From: an uncultured Bacteroidales bacterium
Lineage (GTDB): Bacteria; Bacteroidota; Bacteroidia; Bacteroidales; UBA4417
Assembly: GCA_903887815.1 (NCBI GenBank)
Contig: CAISRK010000188.1
Location: 1-50,898, forward strand
Direction of reading: 5' to 3'
DNA length: 50,898 nt
The position numbers and the translations under genes were made by a program. Shown here piece by piece: positions 26,370 to 37,434 of the stretch. Position 1 is the first letter of the stretch, and each line of letters begins with the position of its first letter. The notes under the pieces are model-generated. The model did not search any database. It saw nothing but the letters and a program-made list of their open reading frames with translations, and was not told the origin of the DNA.

Positions 26370-29198
26370 ATGAAAATGATCCGCTTTTCCGCAATACTTA
26401 TAGCCCTTTTTCTTTGCAAGGTCTCCATCGCACAGCTCATCTGGCTGAAACCCGAAAATCCGTCAATAAATGATTCAGTCACCCTTTATTTCAACGCAGT
26501 CGAAGGCAATAAAGCCCTGATGGACCTTCCCGGTGATGTGTACCTTCATACCGGGGTAATCACCAACCGCAGCCTCGACGGCCATGACTGGAAATATGTA
26601 GTCGGGAACTGGGGAAAGGATGATAAAAATGTTTTGATGAAACGGGAAGGCAAAAACCTGTATTCGTATCATTTTGTTATCAAAACCTTTTACAAACTGG
26701 GCCCTGACGACATTGCAAACCAGCTGGCTTATGTTTTTCGCAACATGGATGGAACCATAGTAGGGAAAACGAAGGAAAATGAGGATATTGTAGTACCTGT
26801 AAACGGGTATAAACCCAAACTCAAGGAATCAACTGTCGGAAACCGTGAGGAGCACAAACTTTTCCGGATTGAACAACTGCCGGCTTCATGGAACTGCTAT
26901 ACCGATAAGGGAATTATCTCCCTCAGGCCTTTTTCCGAGGGAATTATGGAAGTTACTTTTCTACCCGGAACCAACTCCAAACCCGATCCTTCTCATTCGG
27001 TAATTATGCAACCCGCGAAGGTTTCGCTGAGCTCTGAACAAACTTCCTGGGGTTATATTCTGAAAAACGGCCTCATGACAATTACAGCTCATGCTGATCC
27101 TTTTTATCTGACTTATATTTTCAAAGGCGACACCTTGCTGAGTGAAGAAAGCGGATTTTTCGGCGACCCGGGCTATTCGGGAGTGCGTTTTGCTTTAAAA
27201 CCAGGTGAAAAAGTTTACGGAACAGGTGAACGTGCCATGGCAATGGACAGGCGGGGCAAAAAACTCCAGCTGTATAATCGGCCTTTTTATGGTTACGAAT
27301 TTGGGGCTGCCATGCTCAACTATTCAGTGCCCATGACCGTTTCGTCGCGTAAATATGCCATACTGTTCGACAATCCCCAAAAAGGGTATGTAGATATAGG
27401 CAACACCGAACCATCGGTAACCGAATGGTGTGCCATAGGCGGAACCGCAAGGTACTACCTGGTTGCCGGAAGCACTTTCCCCGAAATTTCCGATTCTTAT
27501 ACCCAACTGACCGGCCGGCAGCCTCTGCCTCCCCGCTGGGCTCTCGGTAACCTGCAAAGCCGCATGGCCTACCGCAACCAGAAAGAAACCGACAGCATTG
27601 TTACGCTGATGCAGAAAAAGGACTTCCCTATGGATGCCATTATCCTCGACTTTTACTGGTTCGGCGACAGCATACAAGGGCATCTTGGCAACCTCGACTG
27701 GTATCGGAAAGCCTGGCCCGATCCTGAAGGCATGGTTGCAAAATTCAGGAAACAAGGTATTAAAACCGTACTGATCACTGAACCTTATGTGATCGATACA
27801 GTAGCCAATCATAAGGATGCAGCGGTAAAAGGTGTATTTGTGACTGATAGCCTGGGCAAAACCTACATCGACAAACAGTTTTATTTCGGCGCCGGCAGCC
27901 TTATCGATATTTTTAAGCCCGAAGCCCGCGACTGGTTCTGGCAGAAATACAAAAAACAGATAGACAAGGGCATTGCAGCCTGGTGGGGCGACCTTGGGGA
28001 GCCCGAAAGCCATCCTGCTGATATCAGGCATATTAACGGTAAAGCCGACCAGGTGCATAATATTTACGGCCATTACTGGGACAAAATGCTGTTCGATAAA
28101 TATGCCGAAAACTACCCGAACACCCGTTTGTTTCACCTTCAACGATCAGGGTTTGCCGGTTCGCAGCGCTATGCCGCTTTTCCCTGGACAGGCGATGTAT
28201 CGCGCAGCTGGGGTGGATTGCAGGCACAACTTCCATTGCTCTTAACCATGGGAATGAACGGACTGGGTTATATCCATTCCGATGCAGGAGGTTTTGCGCA
28301 GGGTTTGCGCGATGATGAACTTTATACCCGCTGGCTTCAGTTCGCAGTCTTCACCCCCATTCTACGACCGCACGGCTCGGGAATCCCAAGCGAACCTGTT
28401 TTTTGGAGCGAAAAAACGCAGGACATCGTCCGTACCTATATGAAACTGCGCTATGCTATGCTTCCCTATAATTACACACTGGCATACCTGAATGCAACAA
28501 CAGGTTCCCCGCTTATGCAGCCGCTTTTTTACCAGTATGCTAACGATACCGCTGCCTGCAGGGTCGAAAACGAATACCTCTGGGGCGATAACCTGCTGGT
28601 TGCACCTGTTGTACAAAAAGGGCTCATAAGCCGCAGTATATATCTTCCCGAAGGCACCTGGACCGATTTCTACAGCGGAATTGAATACAAGGGCGGAACC
28701 CGCATTGAGTTCCCACTTACCATCGACAAAATACCGGTATTTGCAAAAGCCGGCAGTTTTATTCCTATGACCAGGCCGGTTACTTCTACTGACTACTACA
28801 AGGGTGATTATTATGTGGTCCGGTATTATCCATCTGCAAAGACTTCTTTCGTGCAATATGAGGATAACGGGCTTAACAGCAAGTCGCTCAGCGAAGGGAA
28901 ATTTGAACTTATCACCTATAAGGGAGAAAAAGCAGGGCTTAAAACAACTGTCGCACTCTCAAAAACCGGGACCTGGGAAGGAATGCCTGTCAGCAGGTCA
29001 ATGCGCTTTGAAATAAGGACAAACGCAATTCCTTCGGAGGTAAAAGTGAACGGAGAAAAGCTGAAATTTACTCCTGAAAAAGGAAAACCCGGAGTAGAAA
29101 AAACAAGCTGTACTTATACCGACAAATGGCTCTATATTAACTTTATATGGGATGGTAAACCCGTAATTATAGAAGTTACAGATGCCAAAAAGAAGTAA
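26370..29198 (+). CDS. GH31 alpha-glucosidase / alpha-glucan-active hydrolase with extra N-terminal beta-sandwich domain
   Basis: 942 aa with a signal peptide. GH31 signatures: ILDFYWFGD, nucleophile region AAWWGDLGEPE, HNIYGHYW, LQRSGFAGSQRYAAFPWTGD. The ~150-aa N-terminal module is not part of the GH31 core. Confidence 0.8.
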   Translation: MKMIRFSAILIALFLCKVSIAQLIWLKPENPSINDSVTLYFNAVEGNKALMDLPGDVYLHTGVITNRSLDGHDWKYVVGNWGKDDKNVLMKREGKNLYSYHFVIKTFYKLGPDDIANQLAYVFRNMDGTIVGKTKENEDIVVPVNGYKPKLKESTVGNREEHKLFRIEQLPASWNCYTDKGIISLRPFSEGIMEVTFLPGTNSKPDPSHSVIMQPAKVSLSSEQTSWGYILKNGLMTITAHADPFYLTYIFKGDTLLSEESGFFGDPGYSGVRFALKPGEKVYGTGERAMAMDRRGKKLQLYNRPFYGYEFGAAMLNYSVPMTVSSRKYAILFDNPQKGYVDIGNTEPSVTEWCAIGGTARYYLVAGSTFPEISDSYTQLTGRQPLPPRWALGNLQSRMAYRNQKETDSIVTLMQKKDFPMDAIILDFYWFGDSIQGHLGNLDWYRKAWPDPEGMVAKFRKQGIKTVLITEPYVIDTVANHKDAAVKGVFVTDSLGKTYIDKQFYFGAGSLIDIFKPEARDWFWQKYKKQIDKGIAAWWGDLGEPESHPADIRHINGKADQVHNIYGHYWDKMLFDKYAENYPNTRLFHLQRSGFAGSQRYAAFPWTGDVSRSWGGLQAQLPLLLTMGMNGLGYIHSDAGGFAQGLRDDELYTRWLQFAVFTPILRPHGSGIPSEPVFWSEKTQDIVRTYMKLRYAMLPYNYTLAYLNATTGSPLMQPLFYQYANDTAACRVENEYLWGDNLLVAPVVQKGLISRSIYLPEGTWTDFYSGIEYKGGTRIEFPLTIDKIPVFAKAGSFIPMTRPVTSTDYYKGDYYVVRYYPSAKTSFVQYEDNGLNSKSLSEGKFELITYKGEKAGLKTTVALSKTGTWEGMPVSRSMRFEIRTNAIPSEVKVNGEKLKFTPEKGKPGVEKTSCTYTDKWLYINFIWDGKPVIIEVTDAKKK

Positions 29199-29287
29199 AC
29201 CAAGAAACTACCTGCTTGTTAATACAACCTTTAAACGCGCGAAGCGCATTGAACCTTTAAAACCTGAAACCCATCAAACAAAAACAT

Positions 29288-30670
29288 ATGAAATCCTTAA
29301 CCAAATCCTTCCTTATGCTTTGCTGCATATCCTTTCTGTTTACAGCCTGCAAAACAAAACCAGCCGGTCCTGAAGTAAAGGCCAATTACCCTGAATGGGG
29401 TAAAAACGCTGTCATCTATGAAGTAAATGTACGCCAGTACACACCCGAGGGTACATTTAAAGCTTTTGAAGCCAATCTTCCGCGCCTGAAAGAACTGGGC
29501 GTCGATATCCTCTGGATTATGCCTATTAACCCGATCGGAATTGTAGATCGTAAAATCCCGGATGGCTATAAAGAAAGCCTGGGCAGCTATTATTCGGTAA
29601 AAGACTATAAAGCGATAAATCCCGAATTTGGAACTGAATCCGATTTTAAAGCCCTTGTTACAAAAGCACACGAAATGGGATTTAAAGTAATTGTCGATTG
29701 GGTGGCTAACCATTCGTCGCGCGACAACGCCTGGATCACCGAACACCCCGATTGGTATGTGCAGGACAGCACAGGCAAGATCCTTGCCCCTTTCGACTGG
29801 ACCGATGTAGCCAAACTCAATTATAAAAATAATGATATGCGTGCCGCTATGATCGACGCCATGAAATACTGGGTCGTGAATTGCGATATCGATGGTTTTC
29901 GCTGTGATGTAGCCGGCGAAGTTCCGGTTGATTTCTGGGATACCTGCCGTGTAGAACTCGAAAAAGTTAAACCCATGTTTATGCTTGCCGAAAACGAAGA
30001 TCATCCTGAGCTTTGCGCAAAAGCCTTTGATATGAATTATGGCTGGACAATGCATAGCACTATGCATAAAGTTGCACAGGGTAAGGATTCTGTTGTACAA
30101 ATCATCCGCCAGGTAATAAAAATGGATTCCATCTTACCAAAAAATGCCTTCCAGATGAATTTTATAACCAACCATGATGAAAACTCATGGAATGGAACTG
30201 CAGCTGAAAAATTTGGCGCAGGCGAAAATGCATTTGCAGTTCTTACCTACACCCTGCCAGGGATGCCTCTGATCTACAGCGGACAGGAAGCCGGTCTCAA
30301 CAAACGCCTCAGATTCTTTACCAAGGACACCATCGACTTCAAAGTTGCCGATTATTCGTCTTTCTACAAAACACTCAATGCCTTGAAACACGGCAGCGAA
30401 GCTCTCTGGAATCCTCCTTATGGCGGTACTTTCGAGCAAGTAAAAAATACCGAGCCAACAAAAGTCCTGTCGTTTATCCGCGAAAAAGGCAACAGCCGCG
30501 TGGTAGTTATCGTCAACCTGAGTAATGAAAAGGTAACAGTTAATCTGAAAGGGGATAAAGCCGATGGCGAGTATAAAGATGTTTTCTCAAATGCCGATTT
30601 CACCATCAACAGCACCAACCTCAATCTGACCCTAGAACCATGGGGTTATTGGGTAATGGAGAAGAAATAA
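29288..30670 (+). CDS. GH13 alpha-amylase lipoprotein
   Basis: 460 aa. Lipobox SFLFTAC. GH13 regions I DWVANH, II DGFRCDVAG, III MLAENED, IV FITNHDEN. Confidence 0.85.
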   Translation: MKSLTKSFLMLCCISFLFTACKTKPAGPEVKANYPEWGKNAVIYEVNVRQYTPEGTFKAFEANLPRLKELGVDILWIMPINPIGIVDRKIPDGYKESLGSYYSVKDYKAINPEFGTESDFKALVTKAHEMGFKVIVDWVANHSSRDNAWITEHPDWYVQDSTGKILAPFDWTDVAKLNYKNNDMRAAMIDAMKYWVVNCDIDGFRCDVAGEVPVDFWDTCRVELEKVKPMFMLAENEDHPELCAKAFDMNYGWTMHSTMHKVAQGKDSVVQIIRQVIKMDSILPKNAFQMNFITNHDENSWNGTAAEKFGAGENAFAVLTYTLPGMPLIYSGQEAGLNKRLRFFTKDTIDFKVADYSSFYKTLNALKHGSEALWNPPYGGTFEQVKNTEPTKVLSFIREKGNSRVVVIVNLSNEKVTVNLKGDKADGEYKDVFSNADFTINSTNLNLTLEPWGYWVMEKK

Positions 30671-30678
30671 TTTACATA

Positions 30679-31092
30679 CGAAAGCAAGGCTTTGAAGCCT
30701 GACCTTATCAAAAAATTAACCCCGTAACGTCACCCCTCTCCTCCAGGAGAGGCAGGGGGTGAGGTCTTCCAAAAATAACCACACTACTACCCTTTCCATT
30801 TCATGATAAAAAGGCCGTAGGTTTGAAGCCTGATCTTTCTCGAAAAATCAACCCCGTAAAGTCACCCCTCTCCTCCAGGAGAGGGGCCGGGGGTGAGGTC
30901 TTCCAAAAATAACCACACTACTACCCTTTCCATTTCATGATAAAAAGGCCGTAGGTTTGAATCCTGGTCATCGTCAAAAATTTAACCCCGTAACGTCACC
31001 CCTCTCTTCCAGGAGAGGGGCCGGGGGTGAGGTCTTTTCGAAACAACCACACTACCACCCTTTTCATTTTCTAACGAAAGGGTGGTATTTTT
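30679..31092. repeat. Tandem array, 3 copies of a ~134-bp unit with a GC-rich palindromic core
   Basis: The anchors ggccgtaggtttga at 30813 and 30947 give a 134-bp period; the first copy starts near 30679-30684. Each copy contains tcacccctctcctccaggagagg(g/c)(c/a)(c/g)gggggtga. Confidence 0.85.
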
Positions 31093-31093
31093 T
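31055..31093 (+). terminator. Intrinsic terminator at the end of the tandem array (end of the amylase operon)
   Basis: 9-bp stem ccacccttt (31055-31063) / aaagggtgg (31077-31085) followed by tatttttt. Confidence 0.6.
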
Positions 31094-31153
31094 ACCTCCA
31101 AAAAAGTCTTTAAATCCCACAGCCTCAGCCCTTTTTTATATCATAATTTATCC

Positions 31154-31161
31154 TATCTTTG
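31154..31161 (+). promoter_or_regulatory. Bacteroidota -7 promoter box TATCTTTG for ileS
   Basis: Exact TAnnTTTG match 36 nt upstream of the ileS ATG and downstream of the terminator. Confidence 0.5.
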
Positions 31162-31196
31162 CAGCCTTCAAAAAAATTGGCATAAATTACCTCCTC

Positions 31197-34100
31197 ATGG
31201 GAACCAAATACACTGAATACAAACAACTTAGCCTAACCCGTATCGGAAACGAAGTACTCGATTTCTGGAACAGCAACCGTATTTTTGAGAAAAGTCTTGA
31301 AAACCGCAGCGAACGTACTCCCTATATTTTTTACGAAGGACCTCCCTCGGCTAATGGAATGCCTGGAATTCACCATGTTATGGCAAGGGCAATTAAAGAT
31401 ATTTTCTGCCGTTACAAAACATTAAAAGGTTTTTTTGTTGAACGCAAAGCAGGTTGGGATACCCACGGTCTGCCGATCGAAATTGCTGTTGAAAAAACCC
31501 TTGGAATAACCAAAGACGACATAGGCAAAAAGATCAGCGTCGACGACTACAACAAAGCCTGCCGCAGCGAGGTAATGAAATACAAGGACCGCTGGGATGA
31601 TCTTACACTGAAAATCGGGTATTGGGTCGATCTCGACAATCCCTATATCACTTTCGACAACACCTATATCGAAACCTGCTGGCACCTGCTTTCGGAACTC
31701 TATAAAAAAGGACTTCTTTACAAAGGATACACCATACAGCCTTATTCACCTGCTGCCGGAACCGGTCTCAGTACACACGAACTGAACCAGCCCGGTTGCT
31801 ACAGGAACGTGAAAGACAATACGGTTGTTGCACAATTTAAAGTACTGAAGGATTCCGGCCATACATTGATTCCTGCACTTTTTAGCAACGATAAAACCGA
31901 TGTGTTCATCCTGGCCTGGACCACCACTCCATGGACTTTGCCTTCGAATACCGCACTTGCAGTTGGAAAGAACATTGACTATGTGCTTGTAAATACCTTT
32001 AATCCCTATACTTACGAAGCTATAAAGGTCGTGGTCGGGAAACCGCTTTTCAGCAAATATTTCCCTGAAAAAAATGCAGAAATCGCTATGAGCGAATATG
32101 TACCGGGACAAAAAACAATCCCTTTCGAAGTGATTGGTGAATTCACCGGTGCAGAAATGGCAGGCCTGCGTTACGAACAACTTTTACCCTATGCGCAGCC
32201 CGAAACCGGCGATGCCTTTTTGGTTGTGACCGGCGATTTTGTAACCACCGAAGACGGAACTGGCATAGTTCATATTGCACCCAGTTTTGGTGCCGACGAC
32301 TTTAAAGTAGCAAAACAATATGGTATCGGCTCTCTTACGCTTGTTGATAAATCAGGGCGTTTTACAGATGAAATGGGCGAATTTGCAGGCCGTTTTGTAA
32401 AAGCCGATTATGCCGCCGATAACGATCCACAGAAAGATGAGAACGTTGATATCGACATTATCGTTAAACTAAAAAAAGAAAACAGGGCATTTAAGACCGA
32501 AAAGTACGAGCACTCTTACCCGCACTGCTGGCGCACTGATAAACCTATACTTTACTACCCGCTCGATTCGTGGTTTATCCGAACAACTGCTCTTAAGGAC
32601 CGGATGATCGAGCTGAACAATACAATCAACTGGAAACCCGAATCCACGGGTACCGGTCGTTTCGGCAACTGGCTCGAAAACCTTGTCGACTGGAACCTGT
32701 CGCGTTCACGCTACTGGGGAACCCCGCTCCCTATATGGGTAAGCGAAGACTGCAGCGAAGAAATATGCATTGGATCTATTGCCCAGTTACAGGTCGAAAT
32801 TGAGAAATCGATAGCTGCCGGTTTTATGAGTTCAAATCCATATTCCGAATTCATTCCGGGTGATAATTCTGTTAAAAATTACACTTCATTTGATCTTCAT
32901 CGTCCGTATGTGGATGATATTTTCCTCGTATCGCCAACAGGCCGGAAAATGACACGCGAAACCGATCTTATCGATGTTTGGTTCGACTCGGGCGCGGTTC
33001 CTTACGCACAGTTCCATTACCCGTTCGAGAAAAACGAAGGCCATCCTCAATATTTCCCGGCTGATCTCATTGCCGAAGGCGTTGATCAGACCCGCGGATG
33101 GTTCTACACCCTGCATGCTATTGCAACACTTGTTTTCGATTCGGTTGCATTCAGGAATGTAATTTCCAATGGTCTTGTTCTTGATAAAACCGGGAATAAG
33201 ATGTCGAAAAAACTCGGCAACTCGGTCGATCCGTTCGCAACACTCGAAAAATATGGTCCCGATGCTTTGCGCTGGTATATGATTACCAATTCGCAGCCCT
33301 GGGATAACCTGAAATTTGATATCGAAGGCATAGGCGAAGTACAACGCAAGTTTTTCGGAACTCTTTATAATACCTACAACTTTTTCGCGTTGTATGCCAA
33401 CATCGATGGTTTCTGTTTCGAAGAAGCAGAAATCCCGTTTGCCGAAAGACCCGAAATCGACAGGTGGATACTATCGGAACTTAACAGCCTGATTAAAAAT
33501 GTGGATGATGCTTTCGCTGACTATGAGCCGACACGCGCAGGACGACTGGTTTCGGATTTTGTAAACGAACACCTCAGCAACTGGTACGTTCGTCTTTCGC
33601 GCCGCCGTTTCTGGAAAGGGGAATATACTAGCGATAAAATCTCGGCTTACCAGACTCTATACCACTGCCTCGAAGTAGTAGCAAAACTGGCTTCACCTAT
33701 TGCACCGTTCTTTGCCGACAGGCTCTATATCGACCTGAACACCGTTTCGGGTCTTGAAAAAGCCGAATCCGTGCATCTTACCGATTTCCCGGTTGCCGAC
33801 GAAAGCAAGATCGACAAACAACTGGAAGAACGCATGGAACTGGCTCAGCAGGTATCGAGCATGGTACTGAGCTTGCGCAAGAAAACCAACCTGCGTGTCC
33901 GCCAGCCATTGCAGAAAATACTCATCCCTGTTTCGGGTGACCATATTAAACAGCAGCTTGATAAGGTAAGCCAGCTAATCCTTAGCGAGGTCAATGTAAA
34001 AGAACTTGAGTACCTCAACGAATCTGCCGGATTCCTGGTAAAAAAGATAAAACCTAACTTTAAAACTCTCGGACCTCGTTACGGTAAACTGATGAAGGAA

Positions 34101-34565
34101 ATCGCAACCGGAGTAGCTGAATTTACCCAGGGTGATATAAGTAAAATTGAAACCGAAGGCCAGTTTAACCTGCAGATCGGTACCGAAACTGTAGAAATGC
34201 TCCTGACAGATGTTGAGATCATCACTGAAGATATTCCGGGTTGGGTAGTTGCCAACCAGGGAACACTTACTGTTGCTCTTGATATCACATTAACCGGGCA
34301 ACTCCTGCAGGAAGGTATTGCCCGAGAACTGGTGAACCGCATCCAAAATATCCGCAAGGACCTTGGTTTTGAAGTAACGGATAAAATAACCATCGTATTG
34401 CAGAAAAATGATCTGATTGAAGAAGCAATCGTAAACTTTAATAGTTATATTTGCTCTGAAACACTGGCTGAAACTCTCATCGTTTCGGACAATATGCATG
34501 GTGAAACCGAAATCTTGGAATTAACCGACGAAATCAGTGTCGGGGTTAAAGTTGAAAAAGTATAA
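31197..34565 (+). CDS. ileS: Isoleucine--tRNA ligase
   Basis: The ORF track begins at 30957 inside the repeats. The real start is the ATG at 31197 (MGTKYTEYKQLSL...). HIGH-type motif PSANGMPGIHHV, KMSKS motif NKMSKKLGN, ~1122 aa as in long-form IleS. Confidence 0.95.
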   Translation: MGTKYTEYKQLSLTRIGNEVLDFWNSNRIFEKSLENRSERTPYIFYEGPPSANGMPGIHHVMARAIKDIFCRYKTLKGFFVERKAGWDTHGLPIEIAVEKTLGITKDDIGKKISVDDYNKACRSEVMKYKDRWDDLTLKIGYWVDLDNPYITFDNTYIETCWHLLSELYKKGLLYKGYTIQPYSPAAGTGLSTHELNQPGCYRNVKDNTVVAQFKVLKDSGHTLIPALFSNDKTDVFILAWTTTPWTLPSNTALAVGKNIDYVLVNTFNPYTYEAIKVVVGKPLFSKYFPEKNAEIAMSEYVPGQKTIPFEVIGEFTGAEMAGLRYEQLLPYAQPETGDAFLVVTGDFVTTEDGTGIVHIAPSFGADDFKVAKQYGIGSLTLVDKSGRFTDEMGEFAGRFVKADYAADNDPQKDENVDIDIIVKLKKENRAFKTEKYEHSYPHCWRTDKPILYYPLDSWFIRTTALKDRMIELNNTINWKPESTGTGRFGNWLENLVDWNLSRSRYWGTPLPIWVSEDCSEEICIGSIAQLQVEIEKSIAAGFMSSNPYSEFIPGDNSVKNYTSFDLHRPYVDDIFLVSPTGRKMTRETDLIDVWFDSGAVPYAQFHYPFEKNEGHPQYFPADLIAEGVDQTRGWFYTLHAIATLVFDSVAFRNVISNGLVLDKTGNKMSKKLGNSVDPFATLEKYGPDALRWYMITNSQPWDNLKFDIEGIGEVQRKFFGTLYNTYNFFALYANIDGFCFEEAEIPFAERPEIDRWILSELNSLIKNVDDAFADYEPTRAGRLVSDFVNEHLSNWYVRLSRRRFWKGEYTSDKISAYQTLYHCLEVVAKLASPIAPFFADRLYIDLNTVSGLEKAESVHLTDFPVADESKIDKQLEERMELAQQVSSMVLSLRKKTNLRVRQPLQKILIPVSGDHIKQQLDKVSQLILSEVNVKELEYLNESAGFLVKKIKPNFKTLGPRYGKLMKEIATGVAEFTQGDISKIETEGQFNLQIGTETVEMLLTDVEIITEDIPGWVVANQGTLTVALDITLTGQLLQEGIARELVNRIQNIRKDLGFEVTDKITIVLQKNDLIEEAIVNFNSYICSETLAETLIVSDNMHGETEILELTDEISVGVKVEKV

Positions 34566-34609
34566 AATCACGTAATAAATTAAATCTGAATCTTTTAAAA
34601 TTGAATTAT

Positions 34610-35011
34610 ATGAAAGCGGAAGACGTAAAAGACGACAAAGGAAGAACCCATTACTCGGATGAGGAACTGGAGGAATTCCGCACTATTATCCTCGAGAAAC
34701 TCGATAAAGCACGCCAGGACATGGTTCTGCTAACCGAGGCTTATTCCAACAGCGCCGGTAATGATATTATGGACACTTCACCAACATTTAAAGTACTCGA
34801 AGAAGGGTACCAGGTGTTGTCGAAAGAAGATAATGCACGTTTGGCCGGCAGACAGGAGAAGTTTATCCAGAGCCTCGAAAACGCACTGGTGAGGATCGAA
34901 AATAAAACCTACGGCATTTGCCGCGAAACAGGCAAACTTATTTCAAAAGAACGCCTGCGCATAGTCCCTCACGCTACTTTAAGCATGGAAGCCAAACTGA
35001 AACAGAAATAA
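34610..35011 (+). CDS. DksA/TraR-family protein with degenerate (Cys-poor) zinc finger
   Basis: Coiled-coil N-terminal part and C-terminal YGICRETGKLISKERLRIVPHATLS. Sits in the ileS-dksA-lspA arrangement. The ORF-track start at 34601 is TTG; the ATG is at 34610. Confidence 0.7.
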   Translation: MKAEDVKDDKGRTHYSDEELEEFRTIILEKLDKARQDMVLLTEAYSNSAGNDIMDTSPTFKVLEEGYQVLSKEDNARLAGRQEKFIQSLENALVRIENKTYGICRETGKLISKERLRIVPHATLSMEAKLKQK

Positions 35012-35028
35012 CCCGAAGACAGGCTCCC

Positions 35029-35736
35029 GTGCTGAAAAAATCATTCTTTGTAGTATTCCTCATCCTGGTTTTCGACCAGGTATTAAAATTTTGGATTAAA
35101 ACCCATATGACCCTTGGCCAGGAATTTCACTTGGCCGGAAACTGGGCAATAATCCACTTTACCGAAAATAACGGTATGGCTTTCGGGCTGCAGTTCGCTG
35201 GCGGTTACGGTAAACTCGCGCTGAGTTTGTTTCGCATCCTCGCTGTGGGATTCCTGTCGTGGTATATCGTTCACCTGTCGAAGAAAAAAACAGGGTTCGG
35301 GGTTATTTTCTCATTCTCGCTTATACTTGCCGGAGCTCTGGGCAATATTATCGATAGTGCTTTTTATGGACTTTTGTTCAGTGAAAGCACCTACTTCGAC
35401 CTGGCCCGGTTTTTACCAGCCGAAGGCGGATACAGTACTTTTCTGCACGGAAAAGTAGTGGATATGTTTTATTTCCCAATCCTCGAAGGAACTTATCCGA
35501 AGTGGATACCCTTACTGGGCGGCGATAATTATATTTTCTTCCGGCCTGTGTTTAACCTTGCCGATTCAGCAATAACCACAGGGGTATTTACCTTGCTGGT
35601 ATTTCAACGGCAGTTCTTCAATTCACACCAGGAAAGTACTATAGCAAACGAAGAAAATTATTCTGAAATACAGCAGGAAAACGGGATTGTAAATCCTGCC
35701 AAAGATGCTGAAAACACGAAGCCTTCTGACGAATAA
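35029..35736 (+). CDS. lspA: Lipoprotein signal peptidase II
   Basis: Motifs NNGMAFG, GALGNIIDS, VVDMFYF, FNLADSAI. The ORF opens at 34918 overlapping dksA; the GTG at 35029 (VLKKSFFVVFLILVFDQ) is the likely start. Confidence 0.85.
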   Translation: MLKKSFFVVFLILVFDQVLKFWIKTHMTLGQEFHLAGNWAIIHFTENNGMAFGLQFAGGYGKLALSLFRILAVGFLSWYIVHLSKKKTGFGVIFSFSLILAGALGNIIDSAFYGLLFSESTYFDLARFLPAEGGYSTFLHGKVVDMFYFPILEGTYPKWIPLLGGDNYIFFRPVFNLADSAITTGVFTLLVFQRQFFNSHQESTIANEENYSEIQQENGIVNPAKDAENTKPSDE

Positions 35737-35791
35737 CAACGCCCCGCAGATTAATAATCCGGGGTATCGTAAAACTTTTGAATTTGTTTTT

Positions 35792-37324
<1,533 letters not shown>

Positions 37325-37434
37325 ATTTATGTCGGATGTTGGATGTCGAAAGTTTGAAGTAAGGATTTCCTTAAATAAACCATTGGTAAATTTCCGCTAA
37401 TCCCCAAACCCTAACCCCAAAAGCCTAAACAATA

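Noticed and set aside
27324-28142. 272-aa minus-strand ORF inside the GH31 gene. The same applies to 29297-30100 (-), 25527-26081 (-), 28362-28856 (-) and 39355-39840 (-).
   Set aside because: These are antisense shadow ORFs lying wholly within well-supported genes. They have no recognisable motifs and low-complexity composition.
30679-31092. Possible CRISPR array (regularly spaced palindromic repeats). The ctagagtgcc repeats at 38399-39113 were also considered.
   Set aside because: The whole 134-bp unit is repeated, so there are no unique spacers. There are only three copies and no cas genes. The ctagagtgcc words are irregular in spacing and orientation.
30957-31196. 80-codon N-terminal extension of the ileS ORF (MNPGHRQKFNPVTSPLSSRRGAGGEV...)
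   Set aside because: It is translated from the 134-bp tandem repeat and runs across a terminator hairpin and a TAnnTTTG promoter box. The conserved IleS N-terminus begins at the ATG at 31197.
34918-35028. 5' extension of the lspA ORF overlapping dksA
   Set aside because: It is basic and non-hydrophobic and overlaps the dksA coding region. The LspA membrane N-terminus starts at the GTG at 35029.
37385-37430. Telomere-like C/A-rich tract (ccccaaaccctaaccccaaaagcctaaac) between atpD and atpC
   Set aside because: It contains a single CCCTAA unit within low-complexity spacer sequence, there is no array, and the context is bacterial. This is coincidental.
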